52,037 bases of DNA from IMG/VR virus record IMGVR_UViG_3300036828_000332, positions 1-52,037 of that record. One strand, 5' to 3'. The stretch is from a virus. Taxonomy: Duplodnaviria > Caudoviricetes. This document shows positions 16,754 to 27,400 of this stretch, piece after piece. Both the position numbers and the translations under genes were made by a program. The number at the start of each line of letters is the position of its first letter. Positions within the stretch are counted from its first letter, which is position 1. The notes beneath the pieces were generated by a model. It saw nothing but the letters and a program-made list of their open reading frames with translations, was not told the origin of the DNA and searched no databases.

Positions 16754-19700
16754 TTAGAAAGCTGAGAGCGCGATGCGCCTGATCTGATTGTTGGCGATGG
16801 CGATGTAGAGATAGTTCTGATCGAAGAAAAGTTCACCGGCGTAAGTTGCTTCGGAGGATGAAGCGGGCGTACGAGGACCGTCCCAAAGCCGCACCGTATT
16901 CCCCTGATGATAGATTTTTCCGGTGCCGGTCACGTTGTACGGAGCCACTGGCACGCCGAAAACCCAAATCCCACCATTCGTAACCCGGCCTCTCTCCTGG
17001 GCAACGCCCGCGCCGCCGTTAACCGCGGTCATGAATACCATGTCACCGCCTGGTCCGGAGCCGCTTTGTACGGCGGCCTTAATGCCGCAGTGAGGTCCGA
17101 AACTCGAACCGAACAGGAGCTGGCCGCCGTTATTGACGCCTCCGCCCGTATCCTGCAGATACAACGTTCCTCCGGTAGCATTGCCGGGAGTGTAATTTGT
17201 ATTCGTAGTGCCCGCGCCCTCAACGTGAAGCTGCGCGGAGGGCGATCCCGTGCCGATGCCCACGTTGCCGCTACTAGTCGCGTTGAGAGTCAACGGCAAA
17301 CCCTCGATGTGAAGTGCCAAGTACGCACTCGCGCCCCGATCGTAACTCCACAGATACCCGGCCGCACCACCAACAATTTCTACGCCTTGACCAGTCGCCG
17401 GGCGAGCTGCACTACCCGCCACAATGCGAGACAAACCAGCCACATCAAGTACCGCTGCAGGCGTCGACGTACCGATGCCGACATTGCCGCCGCTCTCACA
17501 AATCGTGACATTCCGCGCTCCGCTCCCTGCTTCCGTCGCGAATAGTCCCAATCTTCTGTTCGTTGCTGTGGGGTCGGTGTAGAGGATGATTTGCCCAACC
17601 AGATAATTCGCTCCATCACCGGAACTAACCAGTTGAACAACCGCGCTTCCCGACGCAGTTACTTTACTTGGCCCGTTTACGACAAGGGCATTATTTCCCG
17701 CTGTGAGCCCTGCGGTTATATTGCCGGTAGAGTTGATTGCTCCAACCACATCGAGAGCCACCACTGGAGCCGTTTTCGCGATGCCGACGAAGCCGCCCTG
17801 TTCGCATAGCGTGACATTACGCCATGAAACGTTGTACTCATTGCATGTGATCGCCAAGCGGCGATTGGTAACGGTGGTAGCATCGCCAAACAACTGGAAG
17901 GCACCTTGCAGGGGGGTGGAGGCATCGCTGGAAGTGATCTCGTACAAACCCAGGGAACCCGAAGTCGCCTTCGGCGATGTCGAGAACTGGACCATCGAAC
18001 TTTGATGCCAGACAGGACCCTCCACATGCAGAGTAACGCTAGGGTTCGTGATCCCGATTCCCACGTTGCCACCCGACGGATTAAAACATAAGCTATTCCA
18101 ACCCGTGCCCGAAATCCCGGCCTGTATGACACCGACATTATTCGTGGTATCGAACCCGAGCCACAGAGACTTGTGGTTATTTCCAGTCGTAGGACTGCCA
18201 GTAAGGGTAAGCTGCGCCAGACCCAAGCTGCCAGTCAAGGCGTTTGCATCTCCCTGGATCAATACAGCGCCAACCCCGGTGGCGAGATTCACAGTTAAGG
18301 GGTTATAGCCCATACCGGCCAGCGCTGAATATACCCGCCACATGTTAGTGGCTGCGTTCAACCCAACGAAACACTGCTCGGCGGCTGTCGAATTATCCAG
18401 CCAGCTTCCCGCGCCCATCCCCGTCACGTAACGCAGCCGTAGGTGGCCATTCACATCCAGGGCTTCCGTGGGAGATGACGTTCCAATCCCCACCAAACCG
18501 GCCGCGCTGATGCGCATCCGCTCGGTGACGACTGCCGCGCCGTTATCCGTGGAGAACACGATATTGCCGTATGCCACCCCGCTCGTGAAGCTACTTTCCG
18601 CGAACATGACGATCTCTGCGACGTAGCGGTCCACCGCTCCGTCGTAGCCCCAGCCGCGAATATCCAACAGCCTGTCACCGGCTTGCAATGCGGTCGGCGC
18701 AGCGGAGGTGCCGCGAGCGACGCGGGCATCCCAAACACATCCCGCACTCGGTTGAGCGCCCGTATATAACTGCTGCGAGATGTACATACTGGTGTTCGCG
18801 GGACTCGTCAGAGTCAAAAGCCCGAGGTTGTAATCGAACAGCAGGTTGGGCGATGCTCCCATCACCCCGGCCTTATTGACCTGGATCTGCTGATCCGCGC
18901 CCGCTGCCGTTCCCGCAGCCGCCGCGGCCCACTTCACACCGAGAGTCTGCGTACTGTCGGCTGTGAGCACTTGCCCATCACCACCCACTGAGAGGCGCGT
19001 GGTGGATGTTCCATGAACGACCAGATCGCCCTTGGTCGTCATAGGGTCGACCATTACGTTCGGCACGCCGATAGTGATGTTCTGTGCGGATTGGCTGATG
19101 AGGACGTTGCTCCCGCCCAGCAGCGTCACTGCGCCTACTAGTGCGCCCGGCGAAAGGGAAGTAACACCTACGAACGCGGCAGGAGCGGCCCACTTCACGC
19201 CGAGGTCTTGGGTGGTGTCGACGGTGAGTATTTGCCCGTTGACGGTGCCGATGGGCATACGCGTGGTGCCGGTCGTTAAACCATGCACGATCAGATCGCC
19301 CTGGGAGGTAGTGGGATCGGACATGCCCGTGCTGCTGTTGATGTTCGGTACAGCGATTTGGATCTGCTGGCCGATCTGGGTCATCGTGACATTCGAACCT
19401 GCCGTAAAGGTCACCGCGCCACTTAGAGCACCTGGCGAAATAGTGGTCACGTAAGTAGTCGAGGGTGAGGCCCATTTCATTCCCGTGGCCTGCGTGGAAT
19501 CGGCAGTGAGTAACTGACCATCGGAACCGATCACGATGCGGGTGTTTCCCGAAGTGGTGCGCGTAATGAGATCGCCCTTGGCTGTAGTTGGGTCTATGAG
19601 AAACGTTGGAGCGGCGGTGATCTTCGACCAGGGCAGACTCGTAATCCAGGCCGGATTCGCATACGACTGCGTGGCATCGACCGCGTTCGTTACCATCGAC

Positions 19701-20707
19701 ACGGTGTAGTCTCCCGCTTGCGCGATGACCGCCCCCGTGCGGCCAAAGGCGCTGGTGACGCCGATAGCTGGCGGCGGTTGCCAGCGCAAACCGAGAGGCT
19801 GCGTCGAATCCGCTACCAGTAGATAGCTGTCCGGACCCACCCCGAAGCGCGCGATAGCGGCGGAGCCCCGCACGATCAGATCCCCTAACGTCGTCGTGGG
19901 GTCGGCCAGGACGTTCGCCAACCTGGACAGATCGACCGCGCCGTAAGCCGAACCATTCCAGTACCAGTAGAGCGAACCTCCTTGATAGCCCAAAGCGCCG
20001 TAACCGGCATCCGGGATATTCAACGAACTGGATGCCGCCCACGCTTTGGAACTCACAAACTGATCCGAGCGCACGCGCATAGTGGCATGCACAATGCCGC
20101 TGACCTGCACCACTGCCGCCGAGCCGTCATCCGCTCCGCCGCCTACCAGCAAATGCCCCTTGCTGTAATCGAAGACGAGATTGGCCGAAGCGCCGGGAAC
20201 CCCTGCGGTATTTACCATCACCTGTTTGTCGTTACCGGGAGCCGCGAACCCGGTGATGGTGCCCCAACGGAGCCCGGTGGCCTGACTCGAATCGCAGATG
20301 AGGATATGCGAATCGGCCCCGATGGGGAATCTGGTGGGTGGCGCGCCCGAGGGCTTTGCGATCAAGTCGCCCTTGGTCGTCGTCGGATCGAGCATTCCCT
20401 GGGCCGCGACCCCCCACTTGACGCCTAACGTTTGGGTGTGATCGATGACCAAGGCAAGGCCATCGCCCACTACTATCGGCAAGCGTTGCAGAGAGCCTAA
20501 GGTGCCAGGAGTAGGCCCGTGGACAATTAGATCGCCCACCGACGTGGTGGGGTCTGTGAAGACGCCTGGGATGGTGCAGTTATTGAGGGCGAAGCCACCG
20601 CCATTGACATCCCCGCCCCAATTGCGGATGTCGTTCGCCACGTTATTCATGTCGACGGCATGCAGCTTGTCGGTGGCTGAAAAACTGTTGTTACTCAACC
20701 AAGCCAT
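16754..20707 (-). CDS. Long tail fibre / receptor-binding protein
   Basis: Six DPTTxxGDL...G(V/L/M)(K/R)W repeats and five GxVGI repeats; G/T/A-rich. Confidence 0.85.
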   Translation of the reverse strand: MAWLSNNSFSATDKLHAVDMNNVANDIRNWGGDVNGGGFALNNCTIPGVFTDPTTSVGDLIVHGPTPGTLGSLQRLPIVVGDGLALVIDHTQTLGVKWGVAAQGMLDPTTTKGDLIAKPSGAPPTRFPIGADSHILICDSSQATGLRWGTITGFAAPGNDKQVMVNTAGVPGASANLVFDYSKGHLLVGGGADDGSAAVVQVSGIVHATMRVRSDQFVSSKAWAASSSLNIPDAGYGALGYQGGSLYWYWNGSAYGAVDLSRLANVLADPTTTLGDLIVRGSAAIARFGVGPDSYLLVADSTQPLGLRWQPPPAIGVTSAFGRTGAVIAQAGDYTVSMVTNAVDATQSYANPAWITSLPWSKITAAPTFLIDPTTAKGDLITRTTSGNTRIVIGSDGQLLTADSTQATGMKWASPSTTYVTTISPGALSGAVTFTAGSNVTMTQIGQQIQIAVPNINSSTGMSDPTTSQGDLIVHGLTTGTTRMPIGTVNGQILTVDTTQDLGVKWAAPAAFVGVTSLSPGALVGAVTLLGGSNVLISQSAQNITIGVPNVMVDPMTTKGDLVVHGTSTTRLSVGGDGQVLTADSTQTLGVKWAAAAAGTAAGADQQIQVNKAGVMGASPNLLFDYNLGLLTLTSPANTSMYISQQLYTGAQPSAGCVWDARVARGTSAAPTALQAGDRLLDIRGWGYDGAVDRYVAEIVMFAESSFTSGVAYGNIVFSTDNGAAVVTERMRISAAGLVGIGTSSPTEALDVNGHLRLRYVTGMGAGSWLDNSTAAEQCFVGLNAATNMWRVYSALAGMGYNPLTVNLATGVGAVLIQGDANALTGSLGLAQLTLTGSPTTGNNHKSLWLGFDTTNNVGVIQAGISGTGWNSLCFNPSGGNVGIGITNPSVTLHVEGPVWHQSSMVQFSTSPKATSGSLGLYEITSSDASTPLQGAFQLFGDATTVTNRRLAITCNEYNVSWRNVTLCEQGGFVGIAKTAPVVALDVVGAINSTGNITAGLTAGNNALVVNGPSKVTASGSAVVQLVSSGDGANYLVGQIILYTDPTATNRRLGLFATEAGSGARNVTICESGGNVGIGTSTPAAVLDVAGLSRIVAGSAARPATGQGVEIVGGAAGYLWSYDRGASAYLALHIEGLPLTLNATSSGNVGIGTGSPSAQLHVEGAGTTNTNYTPGNATGGTLYLQDTGGGVNNGGQLLFGSSFGPHCGIKAAVQSGSGPGGDMVFMTAVNGGAGVAQERGRVTNGGIWVFGVPVAPYNVTGTGKIYHQGNTVRLWDGPRTPASSSEATYAGELFFDQNYLYIAIANNQIRRIALSAF

Positions 20708-20729
20708 GGCGATGCTCTCCTGTCAGGTT

Positions 20730-21050
20730 TCAGTTTGAAGATTCCGGTAACTCGATTTGCGGTAAGCCGTTTGGTTTGGCGACCAGCGTAGGAACGTCAT
20801 CCGGAACCACCACCACGATGGTCCCCATCTGCGCCCCTGGGCGCGCGTTGTCGAAGCGTTCGATGCCGCGCGCCACCAGTGCCTGCCGGATTAAGCCGCG
20901 CTGCTTCTCAACGGCCTGGTCGCGCCCCTTGCGGGCTTGGTCAAGCTGTTCGGAGAACATGCCGACCTGCGCCCATGCCTGCGTCAATTCCTGGTCGATA
21001 CTCTGCGCGTTCTGTATCTCCCGCTGATCTAACTGAATCGTCTTTTCCAT
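20730..21050 (-). CDS. Coiled-coil hypothetical protein in the tail module
   Basis: AAGGAG RBS before MEKTIQLD. Confidence 0.75.
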   Translation of the reverse strand: MEKTIQLDQREIQNAQSIDQELTQAWAQVGMFSEQLDQARKGRDQAVEKQRGLIRQALVARGIERFDNARPGAQMGTIVVVVPDDVPTLVAKPNGLPQIELPESSN

Positions 21051-21064
21051 GATGCTTTGCTCCT

Positions 21065-24000
21065 TTACGCAATACTTGTAATTACCCCGCCGTTGACGGT
21101 CACTGTCCTGTTGTCGCCTGTTCTGAACGTCGTCGAGATGCCATACGCGACTCCGAAGATCCCGAACTGGCTGGCCAGTACCACCGCGTTGGCCTGCACG
21201 CCGTTCCCCGACCACGTACCGTTATAATCGCAGCACTTCCTGCCGCTGACCGTAAACGCATCTGTCGTGCCGGAAGGGTTGATCGCCAGGGCCTCGCCGG
21301 TGATTTGACCGGCGGTGGTCAGAGCCCCTCCCCGAACCTCACCACCAGTTTGCACGCCCGACCCACTGAATAAGCCGCCACTGTATCCGGCAAAGCTCAC
21401 TGAGGCGCTGAAATTGAGAAAAACGGTGACGGCACCCGCCGAGCTTGATACTGATATACCGGTTCCACCGGAAAGGGATGTTACTCCATTATTGAAGATG
21501 AGCACCGCACCCGTGGTGGGATTTGCCGCGATCCCCGGTCCCGACGCGGTAATCGAAGTGACGAGGCCGCCGCTGATCCCTCCGACCCAATTCCCGTTGC
21601 TGTCGATGAGTTGTTTCCCGGGGCCCCATCCCAACCAAAGACTGTCCCTAAAGTGAATCTGCCCGTTCTCATCGGCAGTAAAGGTATAGTTCCCGCCACT
21701 GTTGGACAGAAAGAGATGCGAGTCTCCGTAGACAACGCCATTTGTAAGATGACCGGAAGCGATATCCACCGTAATTACTGAGGGATTGACGGGGCTGTGC
21801 AGCGCCAACTGACCCCAAAACTGCGAAGGGAAATCGCTGCCATTCGTATCACCGTTGGTCATCGCGAGAGCCACGATGACCCCGTTGTTCTGTTCGGGCC
21901 TTCCTCGCAACACTAAGCCACGGTTCGTAAGGATCGACCCAAATATCTGTTGCGGCGGTGAGCCGCTGGCCTCGTAAATCTGAATGCCCGGAAACTGCCA
22001 TGAATTGTTAGTCGATCCAACGCCGCTCCAGACGCTCTTGCCCATCAGGATCGTGTAGGCCGGATTCCAGGGAGGATTGTGCAGGCCGTCATTGGGGTTC
22101 GCCGTGAAGTTGATGGAAAAATTATCCGTGTCGCGAATGTAGAACTTTCCCGGAGTTTGCGAACCGTCTATCAGCATTTGCCAGCCAGAGGCACTGGAGC
22201 CGCCCGCCGCGAGCTGCGTAAACCAGGCTCCCGCAGTTACTCCAGGAGGAGCAGGCGACCCGCTACTGTCTCCGGGAGCGGGCGGATTCGTAAGCTGCGC
22301 TCCCATCCGACCTCGTTCGATGCCATAGGCATCGCGCACGGAAATGTACGGATAGGGCGCACCGGCCTGCGCCGCGATCCCGCCGACCATCACGACGCCA
22401 TTCTGATCGATCCACAGAGGCGCGTGCGCGGGCGAGTCGCCACCTATCCAAAGCTGGCCGAACCACGCTCCGCCGTAATTGTTCGCGCCCACGGTGTTTT
22501 GCGGTTGCTGTCCGCCGCTTACCTGCGCTACACCGATCCATCCCACCATCTTGCTATTGCTGTCGTAAACGCCAATCTGCCCGTTCTGCGAAGTAGTCGA
22601 AAAGCTGTTCTTCCCGCCTACTTGCAGGAGCGAGCCGACCTGGATTTTCCCCGCGCCAATAGCGTTTACCGTCAGATCGTTGTTCAACCAGAAGAACTCG
22701 CTGGAGAACCATTGCGGCGTGAGCGGGTTCCGGCTGGGGATGATCACGCCTTCGGTCGGCGTATAGGAAAGCAGGATCGCTGGCGTGACCGTAACGACCA
22801 GGGTGTTACGGTGTCCCTGCGGATCGCGGCTGAGGAGATAGAAAGCGAGTGGGATGCTGTTGCCGAATGACCCCGGCGCGGCAATGGCAGGCGTGGTGAA
22901 GTGATTCGCTCCCTGCGGAACCTGCCAGTAAATCGCATGGGAGATGTCGCCGTTGACGACCAGCGCCACCCAAACACCACCGAACCGATTGTCGGTAGGA
23001 TTCGTCCATGCGCCATTCGTGCCGTTGATGGCGAAGGTCACCATGCGCACGCCATCGCTGGAGGTGCTCTCGGCCGGCACGACCGTGGCTCCTGCATTCA
23101 CGGTCACGGCAGGCGCAAATTCGAGGCCGCCGCCCGTAACCCCTATCCCCGGAGGCCCAACCGTCCAGGCCACAACCGGCGAAGTCCAGCCAGGATTGTT
23201 GCCATAGGTGCTCGGATCGTCTTCAAGCTGGCCGTTGAAATCCACTGCAATTGCCGCAATGGTCCATGTTTCCGGAGCGCTCGGAACATTCGAGACTTCC
23301 ACCGTGGCCTGCATGTCGGTAGAGCTGGTTTGCGACCAGATCTGCGCGGGCACCGGAGCGGTTCCATTGGTCGCCACGCGGTAAAGAAACAACCCGGCAT
23401 AGCGGGCTAATCCGGTCGTTGGGAGCGACCACGCAAAGGTTGCGATATCGACAAAAGATCCATCCAGAAGGTACTGCACGCTGGCGGATCCCGGAACGAT
23501 CCGCAGAGAGGTGACCTTTGGGACTGGCGTCGTTGGATCGATAGTTACATCAACGGAAGGTGTGATCCCATCCACGATGCTGTTCTGGTTGCCGCCGACA
23601 TCCGTACTCACGAAGTAGACGCGGAAGCTGCCTTTCGACGCCTGATACTCGGTCGATTTCCAACTCTCGACATCCCCCACCTGCGGCGAGGTTGCGACGT
23701 AAGGATGCTGCATCGCCTGAATCAGACGGCCATCGTCGAAGTACTTGTACCAGATGGCTACGCCACCGAACGGGGAAAGCCCTGGCGGCCGGTGCGCTTC
23801 CTGTTCCGGTGTGGGCGGCGTGTAGCTGAAGGTGAGCGTATAGAGCGGCGGCGCAAGATTGTATTCCGTGTTGACTTTCACGCCCTGATTCGTCACCAGC
23901 CACGCCACCTCCATGCCGCTCACGTAAGTGCTCGATACGGCTGGAATGGTGACGACGATGGAAGGCGTCGGCGTATGCGTTGTATCATTGGCCCGCACGA

Positions 24001-24478
24001 GCTGAGGACTGCTATTCGGACCAAAAGCCGCGAGGTAAATGCGGATACTGCGGTCTACGTCGCCCTCCGGAATGAGAACCGCCACAGGAGATTTATGCGT
24101 GTCCTGGTCCCGGAGGGGATTCCATTGGCCCGAGACTTGCGCCGATCCGTCGAGCGGCATACTGCCGTCCAGCGGAGCCTCCGTGCCGGAACTGATATCG
24201 GGATCTTCGATAAAGACCGCCGCACCCGCATAATTATTGGCCGTGGCCGTGGCATCCGCGGCATAAGTAACGTCGACCTCTCCCAGATCTGTTTCGCGCG
24301 GGATCACCTTCGCGCCGGAGATCGTAACCGCAGGCGCGCCGCCCACACCTCCGCCACCTGCACCGGCTACTGGTGCTTCGACAATCCAGGAGCTTACGGA
24401 AGCACCCGCGCGCGCTCCCGGAGCCGTGGGCCGGGGCGCTTGGGGCCTTCGAGTGGTGCGGGGTCCGAACAGGCTCAT
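21065..24478 (-). CDS. Large tail protein (central fibre / host specificity)
   Basis: 1137 aa, beta-rich; ends TVTVNGGVIT; position in the tail module. Confidence 0.7.
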   Translation of the reverse strand: MSLFGPRTTRRPQAPRPTAPGARAGASVSSWIVEAPVAGAGGGGVGGAPAVTISGAKVIPRETDLGEVDVTYAADATATANNYAGAAVFIEDPDISSGTEAPLDGSMPLDGSAQVSGQWNPLRDQDTHKSPVAVLIPEGDVDRSIRIYLAAFGPNSSPQLVRANDTTHTPTPSIVVTIPAVSSTYVSGMEVAWLVTNQGVKVNTEYNLAPPLYTLTFSYTPPTPEQEAHRPPGLSPFGGVAIWYKYFDDGRLIQAMQHPYVATSPQVGDVESWKSTEYQASKGSFRVYFVSTDVGGNQNSIVDGITPSVDVTIDPTTPVPKVTSLRIVPGSASVQYLLDGSFVDIATFAWSLPTTGLARYAGLFLYRVATNGTAPVPAQIWSQTSSTDMQATVEVSNVPSAPETWTIAAIAVDFNGQLEDDPSTYGNNPGWTSPVVAWTVGPPGIGVTGGGLEFAPAVTVNAGATVVPAESTSSDGVRMVTFAINGTNGAWTNPTDNRFGGVWVALVVNGDISHAIYWQVPQGANHFTTPAIAAPGSFGNSIPLAFYLLSRDPQGHRNTLVVTVTPAILLSYTPTEGVIIPSRNPLTPQWFSSEFFWLNNDLTVNAIGAGKIQVGSLLQVGGKNSFSTTSQNGQIGVYDSNSKMVGWIGVAQVSGGQQPQNTVGANNYGGAWFGQLWIGGDSPAHAPLWIDQNGVVMVGGIAAQAGAPYPYISVRDAYGIERGRMGAQLTNPPAPGDSSGSPAPPGVTAGAWFTQLAAGGSSASGWQMLIDGSQTPGKFYIRDTDNFSINFTANPNDGLHNPPWNPAYTILMGKSVWSGVGSTNNSWQFPGIQIYEASGSPPQQIFGSILTNRGLVLRGRPEQNNGVIVALAMTNGDTNGSDFPSQFWGQLALHSPVNPSVITVDIASGHLTNGVVYGDSHLFLSNSGGNYTFTADENGQIHFRDSLWLGWGPGKQLIDSNGNWVGGISGGLVTSITASGPGIAANPTTGAVLIFNNGVTSLSGGTGISVSSSAGAVTVFLNFSASVSFAGYSGGLFSGSGVQTGGEVRGGALTTAGQITGEALAINPSGTTDAFTVSGRKCCDYNGTWSGNGVQANAVVLASQFGIFGVAYGISTTFRTGDNRTVTVNGGVITSIA

Positions 24479-27400
24479 GTGGTGTAGATGCCTCCTGCCG
24501 TGATGCGCGCCGTGCCGCCCGCCGTCGAGATGACATATTGTTGCGTGCCGTCCGGAAACACATCCGCTCCATTGGCCGCGATCACTGCGTTGTTGGGGCC
24601 GATGTTGAAGACCAACAAGCCGCGCCCCTGGTAGTCTGCCAGGGGAAGGAGATTCACTGCCACATCGTTGGCCGAGGTGTCCACGCGGATAACCTCGTCG
24701 CTGATCTTGATGTCAAACGGTCCCGCTCCCGGCCCCAGAGTCCGCACATTCGGCGGCTGTCCGAAGATGTAAATCATGCGGTAGCAGGCAAAGCCATCGT
24801 CGGTTTTATTGCCGTTCGTATCCACCAGATAGCCGCCTACCAGGACCACTTCATCGGAGAGGTTCGGAACCTGCGTGTGGAGCTGCACCAGGATGTTATT
24901 CGTCGGCGCGGCCATCTGCGAGGTTTGACTGGGATCGAGCCAGTCGGCCGCTTCGACGATATAGAGCGACGTCGCATCCGGGATTACATCCCACGGAGGC
25001 GCAATCTGATGGGTCAATTCGTTGTTGTCCGTGATGTTGCGCCATTGCCCTGCCCCGGTGCCGCGCAAGATGCGAATGAGGTAGCCCACCTCCTTGCCGG
25101 GTTGCATACCAGCCGAACCGGGGAACTGGTTCCGGGTCACACTGTTATCCCACATCGCATTGGTGATCGAGTTGGCATCCGCTGAGGTCGGCTGCGCCCA
25201 CACGATCAGGACATCCCCGATGCCAACTGAAGTCTGAGGATCGCCAGTCACGCAATCCGGTGTAACCGTCATCGTGCCAGTTGGCGCGTCGAAGGCTGTA
25301 ATCTTGAAATTCCACAGTGGCACCTCACCGGCCACGTTGCTGCAAACGAAGAGAAACTGGCCCACCCAGTTGTCTGTGGCTCCGATGAAGTCGTCCGATT
25401 GAATCAGGTTCGGCGCGGTCACATTCGATACGAGAACACCCACGGTACCGGCGTGCAAAATGGTTTTGGCTTGGATCTGGACGCCCCAGGCCGAGCCTTC
25501 CGGCAAACCTTGCGTCCAGTTCTGAATCGGCCCCGGAATCGCGATGCCTGCAGGCGGCGTTCCCGTACCGTTGAATTGAAAGGCGATCTGCCTGCGATCG
25601 TTGGCCGCCCACACATCGTAGCCGATCAACTTGGGGTCGGTCGACGGCGCGACGGTAAGTGTGACCTGCTGGCCGGTGAGGCCCTGCGGAATCCAGACTG
25701 CCGCGAGGTTGGAGGGAGTCGAGGGCGCGCCGGTATTGTCCCGCTGCGTAAGCGCCGCGTACACGGTCTGTGGCCCGTCGAGATTCCCTCCGGAGGACAG
25801 CTCGATATCGAGAATGCGCGGCTGCGTCGGATAACCGAACTGGTTCACCGTCATGTAGCCCTGGACCCAAATCGTCGGAACCCAATTGCCCTGCGCTCCG
25901 ATGTCGTAGTCCTGCCAGAGCTTAAATGTTCGCTCCCACGCCGCATAGATCGGATCGCCCGATACCGGCGCTTCCATATCGGGCAGCCATGCCAGACCAA
26001 TCGGCGGCTGGAGTAGTTCGGGCGGCGCGGCGGGTGGGGCCACATCTTGAGGCTTCGGACCGACAGTCAGATCGTACATGTCGTCGGTGGTCGCGCTGCA
26101 CTGGATGTCAATCGAGAAATCCGGATTCAATGCCCACCGGCTCACGCGGCCTTCGGCGTAGCCGCCACTGTAGGGAAACGTCGAATGGGTGAGCGAAACG
26201 ATGTCGCCCAGTTGGGTTCCGAGCGCCAGGACAGTGGTGCGGAACTGGAAGTTACGGGCAATCATCTGCTCATTGATGCCGGGACCGTTAGGCGGGATGG
26301 GTTCCGTGCCGTGCGGTCCGCTGCCAGCCGCGAGCCCGCCGATCTCTTCCCGCAGGCGTGCTGTTAAGAGACGCGCGCATTGACTCAGATTCGAGACGCC
26401 CGCGAAGTTCATGGTCTGCACCAGGTATTGCGGCGATTCCGGCGTGCCCAGAGTCGAAGCGTGATCGATGTCATAGATAGTGCAATTGTTGAGCTGCCAA
26501 CCAAACTCCTCATCGCCGAAGTTACCCACCAGCCAATTGAAAGCGGGCTGCAGGGGTCCTACGGACAGGCTGCGGAAAAGGATCGTTGCTTCCGTGAAAG
26601 CGTTACCCGCCAACACGCTGGAATTGACCCGGATGAAGGGCCAGAACTTCCCGTTCGAGAAAATGAAGTTTCCCGAACAACAGTTGAGGATTTCGCGCAA
26701 CCAGTCACGTAAAGGCTTCTGCTCTTTCAGAATGCCCCGGAACGGAAACTGCAACTCGTTACCGCTGCCGATGAGCTTCGGCACTGAAGTGTCGCAGATC
26801 GCAGCCATCTCGATGCATTGGTTGAGATCGAAATACTCCTCCATTTGATACGCCGGGATCTGGTCCTGGTTGGATGGATCGACGCGCAGGCCGATGCCGC
26901 GCAGGAATACATTCACAGCCACCCAGATGGTGTTATGCAGCGCGGGCATCCAACTGCGCGCGCCGGGCCCGGTCCAGATCCACCCGCCCAGACCGGAGGT
27001 GATCGAAACGGTCATGGCGTGATCGGATACCGCCGAAAGCTGCAGACCGGCCGCATCCGTGCGCCGAATCTCGGCTAGGGCGATACCGCCCGCAAAGGTG
27101 GATCCTGGCGGAATGAACGGCGTGCCATCGGGATTCGACCAGGGCGCTTGGGTGATCCCCACAAAGTCGTACTGCCCGCAAGGGTCTGTACCGGAAGTCG
27201 CGCGCCATCCGCCGCCCCTGAGCGGATCGTGCGGGGGCTGTCCGTCGAGAGTCGAATTGATGAGGTTTGCGTCGTAGCTGCCTATCGGACCCTCGCCCAC
27301 CACGCCCAATGCGGCGTAAAAACTGTTCTCGTCGCGGCCTTCGGCTACGTCACAAGTCACCAGCATTTGCTCATCGGTGAAAACTTCTTGCAGCGGACGC

